Shown here: one piece after another, positions 26,701-34,702 of the stretch
Layout: every line of letters starts with the position of its first letter
Numbering within the stretch: the first letter of the stretch is position 1
Source: a virus
Lineage: Duplodnaviria; Caudoviricetes
Strand: one strand, 5' to 3'
IMG/VR virus record: IMGVR_UViG_3300009181_000155
Location: 1 to 39,565 of that record
DNA: 39,565 nt
Translations under genes and position numbers: made by a program
The notes under the pieces: generated by a model
Told to the model about the DNA's origin: nothing
The model's database searches: none
What the model saw: the letters and a program-made list of their open reading frames with translations, nothing else

Positions 26701-29700
26701 CCTGCGTTTAAAGCAGATCCTAATGCCATCCTTGAAGAAGCCATTGCTGATGCGTTTGGTGATTTTGATGCCACCAAGTCTCCCCCAGGAATGATCCAGG
26801 CCATCCTTAAACGGATGAGGGATTTCTTTGCTGGACTCAAGAGGGCTTTAAATGGTGCAGGGTTCTACACTTCAGACCAAGCTATTGAGCAACTGTTTGG
26901 CAAGATTGAGCGGGGTGAGCTAAAGGCTGGTGAGGCTAAGGCTGGCGGGAAAAAACTAAGCCTTCGTACAGAGCAGGGGAAACCGGCTGCCATTGGGCCG
27001 AAGATGGACGGTAAGTTTCTTGAAAGAATTGAAAACATTCGACGCCAAATTGGTGATGCGTATGTTTCAGGTGAAATTTCATTTGATGAATATCAGCAAA
27101 GGTTTGCCAAAACAAATGATGATTACGTTTCCGCTTTAAGTTTACAAAAGAAGTTTGATGAATCAGTTGGCGCGACAAGCCTTGAAGAGGTATTTCCTGG
27201 GTTTACTTACATCCCAATTGGAACAAAAGTCTTAGCAGTTGGCAGGAGTGGTACAGAGCCTGCCAGAGGAACTGTTATAGATAGCGTTGACCTCCGAATT
27301 GGGCCACGCGCATACAAGGTTCCTGTTGTTGATTTCGGAGACGGGAAACGTCGCAAGATTGGTTTAGGCGATATAAAGGAAGTTTTCCTTCCTAGACCGG
27401 CCAAGTTAAGCCGTCGCGCCCCCAACACTAAAGAGTTTAAACAGTGGTTTGGTGATAGCAAAGTAGTAGATGAGAACGGTGAGCCGTTAGTTGTTTATCA
27501 TGGGACAGCGCAATCTTTGATTGGGGGGGCATTTAGCAGCAAACACGCTAAGTCTGAAGGGTTGGCGTTCTACTTCTCTCATTCTCCGTTGATGAAAAAC
27601 CCAGCGGAAAACGCCAACGACTATGCCAAAAATCGTTTGGGAGAAGAACAACAAGTAATGCCTGTTTACTTAAGTATTGAAAATCCACTTGTTGTAGGTT
27701 TTACAGAGCCCATGCCAACTGGCGATGCGGCTATCGAAAAGTGGCTGGATCGGATGGGGAAGTTCAACCGCTCAATTGATATGAGCAAAGAACAATACTT
27801 TCAGAAAGCAATTAGAGAAGCAAAGAAATCCGGGCATGATGGGGTGATTGTTCGCAACATAGAAGATGTAGCCAATGATGTTGGCAAAATGTTTACAGAA
27901 GAAACAGATGTTTACATTGCATTTAAACCAAACCAAATCAAATCTGCCATTGGAAACATAGGCACATACTCCAAAGAAAACCCTGACATCAGGTATAGCT
28001 TACGCATTACAAAAGACAATCAAATACCTGACCTTGGTAAAGATGTAACTGTTGCCAAAGTTGGTAAATACTTTGATGATGAAGTTAAGAAAGCCTTTGG
28101 GTCTGCCCTTGATTACAACGACAAGGTTGCTTTTGACCGGGCTGTAGATACTGCTACCCAAGAAGTATTGCAGCAAATAACGCAAGTAAGGTCTGGTCTT
28201 GATTGGTATGAAGAAGACATAAAGACGGCGTTTAAAGATACCACCAAAATCATTCCTAGATTAAAGAAACCCGAAAGTCGGATACTTTTTACTGTAATGG
28301 CTGGCATCATGTCGCCAAATACCAATGCTAGGGAAAATTGGTATATTGCAGCTAAAGCATTTGAGCACTATGTTAATACAAAAGAAATACCAGGCATAAA
28401 CCCCGAAAACGGGATGTTATGGATGGGTGGGCAACAATCTGCCAACAAAAAGTTGCAGCTTGATTTCTTAAACAATATGGTTAAGTCCCTCAAAGAAGGC
28501 CCTGCCATTAAATGGCTAATGAGTGACCATACCGTAAAAGAGATAAATGAATATAGGCAAAAGTATGGCAACATTAAAAGCGGCATTGAGGGGAAAGCCA
28601 CTGATGTAAAGCCGGGGCTATATGCCTTTGGGCCAAAGGTCGGCCCATTTGTATCTAATTTAAATGGTATCCATGATGTAACAGTGGACAAATGGATGAC
28701 CCGCACCTTTAACCGGTACTTTGGTACTATGGTTAATGGAGAGGGAAAAATCATTGACGCCCCAACAGAACCTCAACGTAGGGCCATCAAAGAACTTGCA
28801 ATAAAGGTAGCGCAAAATGTCGGAATCAAACCGTACCAAGTCCAATCAGTCCTCTGGTTCTACGAGCAGCAACTCTTCACCAAGCTCGGAGCAGAGTCTC
28901 CCTCTTACGGGTTTAGCGATGGAGGAAGAAGATTCCTCAATGAACGAAGAGGAGAAGGCGGTACACCGGGTGTGCCAAATGCTGCTGCTCCAAATCCGAG
29001 AGCAAAGCTAAGCCTTCGTGACAAGCTGGGCCTGTATAGCGAGCTTGAGAACAAGATAGGAACTGTCGGGCCTAATCAAGCTCCTGCTGCCCAATGGAAA
29101 ACCATGATCAAAGGCATGGTACAGAAGGGCGTAAAGCCTGAAGAGATTGAATGGTCTGGTGTAAACGACTACCTTGATCTGCAAGAGGGCAAGGTGTCTA
29201 AGGCTGCGTTGCTGGAGTATTTAAAGGAGGGTGGCGTTAAGGTTGAAGAGACCACTTTAAACGCAGAAGAGGTTGAGCCATTAGATTTTGAAAAAGTTAG
29301 AGATTTTCCTGATGGTTTTGAAGAATACTATCAAGCAAATTATGAACGAGACTATGGACAATCGGACACGATTGGCATTGCTTTAGCTGATGGCGGCTGG
29401 TGGGTATATGCAGATGGCAATGAAATAAAAGCAAATTTAGAAACAAGGGAGCAGGCAGAGAGAGTAGCTACAGCATATGTCTCGTTTTACAGAAATAAAC
29501 AAGAAGGAGAAGCAAAATACAATTATGGTGAGTTAATATTGCCCGGTGGGACTAACTACCGTGAAGTGTTGTTGACGTTGCCGCTCAAGCCAATGACTGA
29601 GGCAGAGGCGCGCAAAATTTTAAAGGTTAAACCAGACGCTGTTTTGAGCCAAGCAGACATTGCTTACGCGGCTAGGAAGAATGTCAATGAGTACAAATCT

Positions 29701-32700
29701 CGCCATTGGGATCAATCTAACGTCCTAGCCCATATTCGTATCAATGACCGCGCGGATACCGATGGCAAGAAGGTGCTGTTTGTTGAAGAGGTTCAATCTG
29801 ATTGGGGGCAGCAGGGGAAGAAGGAAGGGTTTGATTCAAACATAAAGCCGGTGTCACGCAAGGATTTTGACGACTACGTCGACAAGCTGTCGGATGACTA
29901 CAAAGCTTATCTAGTGCAGTCTGGCAAAGATCGCCAGGGGGTGGAGCGGCTCGTCGACCACATGTCGTGGCCGCAGATGGCGCAAGAGTTGGGCCGGGCT
30001 GACGAGTACGCCCGTATGCGTGCCGGTCGTGACATGGACATGGCTGGCAAAACCGTCATCCCTGTTGCGCCGTTTGTGACCAAGACCGAGGGCTGGCTAA
30101 ATCTGGCGCTCAAGCGCATCATGGTTATAGCCGCTGAAGGCGGTTATGACAAGGTGGCCTTTATAAATGGCAAACAGTCTGCCAAAAGGTATAACCTTGC
30201 TACTTACATTGATACCATTGATTACGAAAAAGATGATCAAGGTACATATGAGTTTGTTGCTACAGATAAAGAAGGCAAAACAGTTTATGAAAAAGAAGAA
30301 GTTTTCTTGTCTGAAATTGAAGGACTTGTTGGAAAAGACATAGCAAAAAAGATAGAAGCTGGAGAAGGTGTAACCGGTAAACACGGGAAATACAGAGATT
30401 GGCATACTCTATATAACCTTGATTTAGAAGTTGGCGAAGGTAAAGGCATGAAGGTCTTTTATGACCAAATTGTCCCAATTGCTTTGAAGAAACTTTTAAC
30501 AAAAGTTGGTGGCAAAACATTAAAAACAGTTAAAATAGCAGAAGAAGGCGCGCTGTGGCAGTATGAATTTGGAGGAGAAGTGGAGGAATTTTTTGATACA
30601 AAAAAAGAAGCTCAAGATGCACTCCGCGCCACCGCAATAGACAATATTAGAGAATATCAAAACATTGAAAATCCATCTCAATCTGAAATAGACGAAGTAA
30701 TAGAAAATGCTGACGGTTTGGTTTACCAGCTTGGTGGTTTTAATCAACCTGGGTTTGATGTAACCCCTGAAATGAAACAGAAAATTGAAACGACTGGCTT
30801 GCCTAAATTCAGCCTTCGTAACACCTTCTCCGCGCAAATCAATGCAGCGGTTGATAGGACTACGACAGTCCGGGAAGATGAGACTTGGGGTGACCGGTAT
30901 AGTAAATGGATTGCTTCGGAGACAAGGGAAGAACTTCGTGCTGCCCTGATTAACCGATACAACAGACTTGGCGCTTATGACCGTCGCCGCGCTGACAAGA
31001 TGGGCGGGTTTGGGTTACTTGCAGATGCAAGCGCAGAAGCTGCTGCCCATATGTCTGACCTTGGATCATCGTTGACCGCAGCCATCTTTAGGCCGGGTGG
31101 TGGAGCCCCCGTTTACAAAAACGGCGTCACCATTGTTGACAACTTTGGTGGGACGATTAAAGGCCCGTTGGAAATCTTTGCCCCGCTAGAAGCCTTGAGC
31201 CAGGGCGATAAAGAGATTTACAGGTACTATCAGTTCTGGGCTGCTGTAAACATGGCTACCCGGATCATGCCATCTACCGCCAATCCAAAGGGCACAGACA
31301 TTACATTTAAACAGTCAGACATTGGGCTGGCTAATCAAATACTTGCTAGATACCCGGAGTTTGAAAACATCCAAAAGGAATGGATCAAGTACAACGACAA
31401 ACTAGCAGAATTCTTGGTAGACACTGGAGTTATCAGCAAGGACGCCAAGGATGAGTGGGTTAGGTATGGTGACTACATTCCCTTCTATCGTCAGGTAGAT
31501 GACACGGAAACCATTGGGCCTAAGCTTCTCCAGGCCATTGCCGGGGTCAAGCCCCCTAAGAAGCGCAAGGGAGGCACCGAAGCCCCACTGGCTGACTTCT
31601 TAGAAACTATCATCCGAAACACTCAGTCTTCAGTTCAGATGGGTTTAAAGAACGTAGCAGCGCAAAGGGCGGTGCTGGTTGCTATGGATTTAAACAACGC
31701 AGGACAAACGGACGTAATCGAGCCGTTAAATTTTGTGTCTGACAAGCCCGACTGTATAACCATTCTGGTTAACGGCCAACAGAAATCCTTTAGGTCTGCC
31801 GATAAGTTGTGGATCTCATCCATTACAAGTTTAAATCTGCCTGATGTACCGTTTATAGGCATTTTTACCGCCCCGGCAAACCTGCTTAGGACTTTGGTCA
31901 CCAAAGATCCTGGTTTCATGTTAGCCAACATGATGCGGGATTCAATGCAGGCGATGATTGCCTCTGAGCTAAAGACTGTAAACCCAGCCACCACCCTAGC
32001 AAACTTTGCGTCTGCCTTGGCTGGCCGGTCACCAGAGTTTGAAGCTCTGATGAATGCTGGCGTTCTTGGTGGGCATGAATACTCTAAAGATATTGTCCAC
32101 AGCGGGAAGGCTTTTGCTAAAGATCTTCGTAAAGCGGCAGGCCAAAAGACTACGGCAGAAACTCTTCTTAGCCCGGTGACTGGCTTGTGGCAGGCCCTGG
32201 AGAAGGGGGCCACCGCCTCTGATTCTGCAACTCGTCAACAGATCTATAAGGAAGTTCTGGAGAACACAAAGTCTCGTGCTTACCCTAATGGAAATCTGGC
32301 CGAAGCGATTTACAGGTCAATGGAGGTAATGAACTTCAACCGCAAGGGTAACTCTGCAATCATCCGTATTCTGACCGCCGCCATCCCATTTTTAAACGCA
32401 CGGATACAAGGCTTAGATGTTCTGTACCGTACAGGGTTTGGAATCGGCATGGACAAGAAATCTGCTGCGGCTATTCAAAAGCAGTTCTTTATCCGGGGCG
32501 CTACGATGTTTGCCCTGTCATGCATGTATTGGGCACTGACGCATGATGATGATGACTACAAAAAACAGGAACAGGAAACAAAAGACAACTACTGGCTTCT
32601 GCCTTCTTTGGGGATAAAGATACCCATCCCATTTGAAATTGGTATCTTGTTTAAAGTCATACCGGAACGGATCATGGCTGCGTCCTTTGGTACGGACACC

Positions 32701-33405
32701 GCAGGAGACTTTGCCAAATCCATGAAGCGGCAGTTGATTAACACCCTAGATATAAATTGGGGTATCCCGCAAACATTTAAACCAGCCCTAGAGGCGGTAA
32801 CAAACCACAGCTTCTTTACTGACCGTCCTATTGTTGGGCAGGGCATGGAGGGGGTTGAGCCGGGGTATCAGGCCGGGCCTAACACATCGAAGATTGCAGC
32901 AGAAATTGGCAAAGCTGCCAATCTTTCTCCGATGAAAATTGATCATCTTATCAGTGGGTACACGGGGACTATGGGCATGTACGCCTTTAATCTTTTTGAT
33001 TCCATCTTCAAGATGAACGATGACAAGACCTACGCCTCTAACCGCTTTGAGCAGACCCCTGTATTTAAACGCTTCCTGATTGATCCTAATGCGCGTGGCA
33101 CAGTCACCGCCTACTACGAGACTAAGAACGCTGCGGATTCAGTTGTCCGTACAGCCGCTCTCATGGAACGTACTATGAATTATCAGGAGTGGGGGCCGTA
33201 CTACAAGGAAAACATGAGGGCCATTGCAACCCATGAATATCTCTTGGACTTGGAAAAGACCATGAAGAGTTTTAGGGAAATGCGAGGGATGATCCAGGCC
33301 AATAAGTCTACCCCCGATGAAAAGAGGGACGCCTTAGAAAATCTTACCAAGGCTGAAAACAAGCTTACCGCTAATATTCAGACCATCAAGAAGAATATAC
33401 AGTAA
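23701..33405 (+). CDS. Giant polyvalent virion protein: DdrB-like ParB, zincin metallopeptidase, ADP-ribosyltransferase-like, HhH-glycosylase-like, unknown modules, C-terminal LPD38-like
   Basis: LQNRNR..GAPVV..GNAR..PVLVR; LRHEAIH..EEAIAD; FKQWFGDSKVVDENGEPLVVYHGT..GHDGVI..NQIKSA; WY..MSPNT..GPKV..VTVDKW; KDNYWLLP..IPIPFEIG. Confidence 0.85.
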   Translation: MPYDVELPNGDIIEVPDNVSQAEAKQRIYKAYPQFAPKQSTERTFGEAITDPLLGIAKGVGAMAQLPGQLYGLATGDFDTAAMRGPERFQEYAKSLQSEGLHVREALRDKAISEAEKQGIASAFYTAIVQTIKDPALVSTFITETVPEMIPMFLTGGASKLLTTGASQVAKYGAKEAAENAARVAARTAIGTGAVQQGADIGTDTYKEALDLARAQNPKMSPQEIEDLALSKARASAVESGLVSLLAQKLPGSKAIERRMAGLPGEGRIRSGLGEAASEMLEEGGGKFASNVNLQQIDPERSLTTGVGSAAGLGAIGGGILGAAIGRGAPVPELMPGQNRGETLAQSAERLQREIRDNEKLLQPTAAEKAISAITQAPIDPVIDPFLKDLNANLALEGNLNAGTTNAAPGGEGALLAGLPGAGGAAAGVAATQPDGVVLIGQDVAGTAGGEGAPPDSVEPVILQNRNRATPASIAQMQDISARPDYTRLGFSRDITTGAPVVFGGNINPQQLGKVDVVAAGNKKIPVQYAVMDVNNVIASNNADGSIVPEYSTAVDKTRVVGGNARIAGLQNAYRNNTAAAYSTELLGDNLHGISPDVIKGIKNPVLVRVMPASEVTKNIGDITNTTGTLDLSTVDQAKNDAKRVDVNDISYNEDGDVTDYSVMQFIRSMPANEHGKLIDDDGQPTTIARARLHAAIFAQAYQNDKLLRLYSQAVDPDAKNVLNALSQAAPQMARLEGAGALDFRNDVVAAAEQVVTAKKAGISTPDMVAQVTIGEDPNVHNILTGFANNIRSAKRMARILKEAANYAYHHANTEEQDMFGESIPKPSKEDITQGIKEGKEYPKLSRAQKGQAELFKSDAEKQQTEAKEKFKQQAVAQAPEVIAEKKEQFKNILTKILSNMGLKDVAVKLMNEVESVEAEGSYAENLIKIALDAASPVRTLRHEAIHALKELGFFSDNQWNVLLKQAKDVWVDKYLKNRDVGGGPLQEGKPSRYDAYMKNPAFKADPNAILEEAIADAFGDFDATKSPPGMIQAILKRMRDFFAGLKRALNGAGFYTSDQAIEQLFGKIERGELKAGEAKAGGKKLSLRTEQGKPAAIGPKMDGKFLERIENIRRQIGDAYVSGEISFDEYQQRFAKTNDDYVSALSLQKKFDESVGATSLEEVFPGFTYIPIGTKVLAVGRSGTEPARGTVIDSVDLRIGPRAYKVPVVDFGDGKRRKIGLGDIKEVFLPRPAKLSRRAPNTKEFKQWFGDSKVVDENGEPLVVYHGTAQSLIGGAFSSKHAKSEGLAFYFSHSPLMKNPAENANDYAKNRLGEEQQVMPVYLSIENPLVVGFTEPMPTGDAAIEKWLDRMGKFNRSIDMSKEQYFQKAIREAKKSGHDGVIVRNIEDVANDVGKMFTEETDVYIAFKPNQIKSAIGNIGTYSKENPDIRYSLRITKDNQIPDLGKDVTVAKVGKYFDDEVKKAFGSALDYNDKVAFDRAVDTATQEVLQQITQVRSGLDWYEEDIKTAFKDTTKIIPRLKKPESRILFTVMAGIMSPNTNARENWYIAAKAFEHYVNTKEIPGINPENGMLWMGGQQSANKKLQLDFLNNMVKSLKEGPAIKWLMSDHTVKEINEYRQKYGNIKSGIEGKATDVKPGLYAFGPKVGPFVSNLNGIHDVTVDKWMTRTFNRYFGTMVNGEGKIIDAPTEPQRRAIKELAIKVAQNVGIKPYQVQSVLWFYEQQLFTKLGAESPSYGFSDGGRRFLNERRGEGGTPGVPNAAAPNPRAKLSLRDKLGLYSELENKIGTVGPNQAPAAQWKTMIKGMVQKGVKPEEIEWSGVNDYLDLQEGKVSKAALLEYLKEGGVKVEETTLNAEEVEPLDFEKVRDFPDGFEEYYQANYERDYGQSDTIGIALADGGWWVYADGNEIKANLETREQAERVATAYVSFYRNKQEGEAKYNYGELILPGGTNYREVLLTLPLKPMTEAEARKILKVKPDAVLSQADIAYAARKNVNEYKSRHWDQSNVLAHIRINDRADTDGKKVLFVEEVQSDWGQQGKKEGFDSNIKPVSRKDFDDYVDKLSDDYKAYLVQSGKDRQGVERLVDHMSWPQMAQELGRADEYARMRAGRDMDMAGKTVIPVAPFVTKTEGWLNLALKRIMVIAAEGGYDKVAFINGKQSAKRYNLATYIDTIDYEKDDQGTYEFVATDKEGKTVYEKEEVFLSEIEGLVGKDIAKKIEAGEGVTGKHGKYRDWHTLYNLDLEVGEGKGMKVFYDQIVPIALKKLLTKVGGKTLKTVKIAEEGALWQYEFGGEVEEFFDTKKEAQDALRATAIDNIREYQNIENPSQSEIDEVIENADGLVYQLGGFNQPGFDVTPEMKQKIETTGLPKFSLRNTFSAQINAAVDRTTTVREDETWGDRYSKWIASETREELRAALINRYNRLGAYDRRRADKMGGFGLLADASAEAAAHMSDLGSSLTAAIFRPGGGAPVYKNGVTIVDNFGGTIKGPLEIFAPLEALSQGDKEIYRYYQFWAAVNMATRIMPSTANPKGTDITFKQSDIGLANQILARYPEFENIQKEWIKYNDKLAEFLVDTGVISKDAKDEWVRYGDYIPFYRQVDDTETIGPKLLQAIAGVKPPKKRKGGTEAPLADFLETIIRNTQSSVQMGLKNVAAQRAVLVAMDLNNAGQTDVIEPLNFVSDKPDCITILVNGQQKSFRSADKLWISSITSLNLPDVPFIGIFTAPANLLRTLVTKDPGFMLANMMRDSMQAMIASELKTVNPATTLANFASALAGRSPEFEALMNAGVLGGHEYSKDIVHSGKAFAKDLRKAAGQKTTAETLLSPVTGLWQALEKGATASDSATRQQIYKEVLENTKSRAYPNGNLAEAIYRSMEVMNFNRKGNSAIIRILTAAIPFLNARIQGLDVLYRTGFGIGMDKKSAAAIQKQFFIRGATMFALSCMYWALTHDDDDYKKQEQETKDNYWLLPSLGIKIPIPFEIGILFKVIPERIMAASFGTDTAGDFAKSMKRQLINTLDINWGIPQTFKPALEAVTNHSFFTDRPIVGQGMEGVEPGYQAGPNTSKIAAEIGKAANLSPMKIDHLISGYTGTMGMYAFNLFDSIFKMNDDKTYASNRFEQTPVFKRFLIDPNARGTVTAYYETKNAADSVVRTAALMERTMNYQEWGPYYKENMRAIATHEYLLDLEKTMKSFREMRGMIQANKSTPDEKRDALENLTKAENKLTANIQTIKKNIQ
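24902..25075 (+). CDS. Candidate overprinted 57-aa gene in the +1 frame of the giant gene
   Basis: GAAGGA SD 7 nt before ATG; MLEQLTLPQVEKALSWLASPVQEAPPQELQPLNQMEWFLLGRMLQALLEEKEHHLIQ; coincides with a Gly/Ala linker in the main frame. Confidence 0.6.
   Translation: MLEQLTLPQVEKALSWLASPVQEAPPQELQPLNQMEWFLLGRMLQALLEEKEHHLIQ
28817..29011 (+). CDS. Second candidate overprinted ORF in the +1 frame (start 28817, 28919 or 28940)
   Basis: Open +1 frame over the end of a module and its linker; AAGG and GGAGG SD-like sites; stop TAA lies in the LSLR junction codons. Confidence 0.35.
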   Translation: MSESNRTKSNQSSGSTSSNSSPSSEQSLPLTGLAMEEEDSSMNEEEKAVHRVCQMLLLQIREQS

Positions 33406-33679
33406 GAAGATCATTGTCGAACAGCCATCCAACGGTCTTACGGTGAGCATTTTCCCAAATCTCTAACCGTTCGGCCTTGGACAGCTTGGCTCCTTGATCT
33501 ATTTCGGCGTGGCATGTAAAGCAAAGGGCGGCTATCCTGTAGTCCTGCGCCTTTAAACCTCTGCCTTTGCCATCTCGTAGCTGATTGGAATGGGCAGCTA
33601 CTACCGTCCCGTCACTTATTCCACAGTTCTGACATGGGGATAACCTGACTATCTTTAGAAGATGCGTGTTCCTGTACAA
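33386..33679 (-). CDS. DUF1364/DUF968-like zinc-binding HNH-type nuclease
   Basis: PCQNCG..VVAAHSN..GKGRGLKAQD..AALCFTCHAEID. Confidence 0.75.
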   Translation of the reverse strand: MYRNTHLLKIVRLSPCQNCGISDGTVVAAHSNQLRDGKGRGLKAQDYRIAALCFTCHAEIDQGAKLSKAERLEIWENAHRKTVGWLFDNDLLTVYSS

Positions 33680-33803
33680 GGATCTGCTCCAGGGTGTTGA
33701 ACCTGTGCCCGTTATAACACGTTCTTCTTCTTATGATTCCTAACCCTGTAGTTTTTGTCCGTAAGACTTCGCTCTGAGGTATGTTACATATCGGACAATT
33801 CAC
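33612..33803 (-). CDS. NrdR N-terminal-like zinc-ribbon protein
   Basis: CPIC..SEVLRT..RRRTCYNGHRFNTLE. Confidence 0.7.
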   Translation of the reverse strand: MNCPICNIPQSEVLRTKTTGLGIIRRRTCYNGHRFNTLEQILVQEHASSKDSQVIPMSELWNK

Positions 33804-33972
33804 TTGGAGCCCAGGTCTTTTCTGCTAGTGCCTTAGCACATTCTGGTTGTTGGCAGAAGTAAGAACAGTTCTCCGCTTCTATGGTTCCATTGTACCTGCG
33901 CTTTAAATCTTTGATCTCCATTTGAAGCTTCAGATTGTCTAGCTTTAAATTCAAGATTTCTAAGTCGGTCAT
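33784..33972 (-). CDS. Hypothetical protein
   Basis: Start probably ATG 33972 (SD AAGGA); short coiled coil and CSYFCQQPEC. Confidence 0.6.
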   Translation of the reverse strand: MTDLEILNLKLDNLKLQMEIKDLKRRYNGTIEAENCSYFCQQPECAKALAEKTWAPSELSDM

Positions 33973-34018
33973 GTTTGTCCTTTGGTGCCCGAGGCCGGGC
34001 GGAGGGTTGTTTACGTTA

Positions 34019-34207
34019 TCATCCATAATTTCTCGCTTCCAGCATTTTGTCTGCTACTGCGTATGCTTGTTCGGCAGTATTACCAAGAACATCTTCTTGA
34101 AGCTCCGATGGAGACTGCCCGTATTCAAACTCCGACAGAAGTGTTTGCATAGCTTTAGCCGCAAAGTAGTCCCGAAGGGTCATGTTTTTGATAGCTTGTT
34201 CAATCAT
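34019..34207 (-). CDS. Conserved small phage protein (MTLRDYFAAKAMQ family)
   Basis: MTLRDYFAAKAMQ..AYAVADKMLEAR. Confidence 0.8.
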   Translation of the reverse strand: MIEQAIKNMTLRDYFAAKAMQTLLSEFEYGQSPSELQEDVLGNTAEQAYAVADKMLEARNYG

Positions 34208-34428
34208 TCCTGTAATCCTTCAATTTTCTTAATAGCGCCCGTTGCCAATTCAGTTATGTGTCTGATGGCGCAGTCGTAGTGCCGGGGGCCATAGCTCCAA
34301 CAATCCGGGCCATGCGTGCCAATCCAAGTTTCCCGGTCGTCTTGATATTTCAAAGCGCGCTTGAGGCGCTCGTTCTCTGACAACGCATCGCCCAGAAGCA
34401 AATCTAGTTGCCGTTCTATTTCAGTCAT
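34204..34428 (-). CDS. Hypothetical protein
   Basis: Coupled ORF with GTHGPDCWSYGPRHYDCA motif; SD GAGGTGG. Confidence 0.7.
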   Translation of the reverse strand: MTEIERQLDLLLGDALSENERLKRALKYQDDRETWIGTHGPDCWSYGPRHYDCAIRHITELATGAIKKIEGLQE

Positions 34429-34702
34429 CTACCACCTCATCGTTTTCCCATGTGTTTTTGGCTTGAGCATAAAAATCAGGCGCGTGCCTTTTTAAATACC
34501 TTGTTGCGGTTCGTTTCCAATGTGCGCGGTTTGCGACTGCTTTAAATATTACTTCATTAGCTATTAACAACTGTTTCCACGCTTCAACCTGTTGAGTTTG
34601 CTGTGCCATAAGAATATCTCTTTGGGACGATGCTTGTTGATACAGCGCGTACAAAGTTTCGATTTGTTGGTTGTTGTCTAATTGCCGTTCGGTTTCAGTC
34701 AT
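34421..34702 (-). CDS. Hypothetical protein
   Basis: SD AAGGAG, ATGA overlap; same first codons as the downstream gene. Confidence 0.65.
   Translation of the reverse strand: MTETERQLDNNQQIETLYALYQQASSQRDILMAQQTQQVEAWKQLLIANEVIFKAVANRAHWKRTATRYLKRHAPDFYAQAKNTWENDEVVDD

Noticed and set aside
23701-33405. Intein or virion RNA polymerase in the giant ORF
   Set aside because: No intein splice-junction or LAGLIDADG motifs and no recognisable RNA polymerase catalytic motifs seen
33973-34026. N-terminal extension MDDNVNNPP and GC hairpin at 33987-34000
   Set aside because: Faint resemblance to a DUF3310-type start and a 5-bp stem without T-tract; too little to call a remnant or terminator
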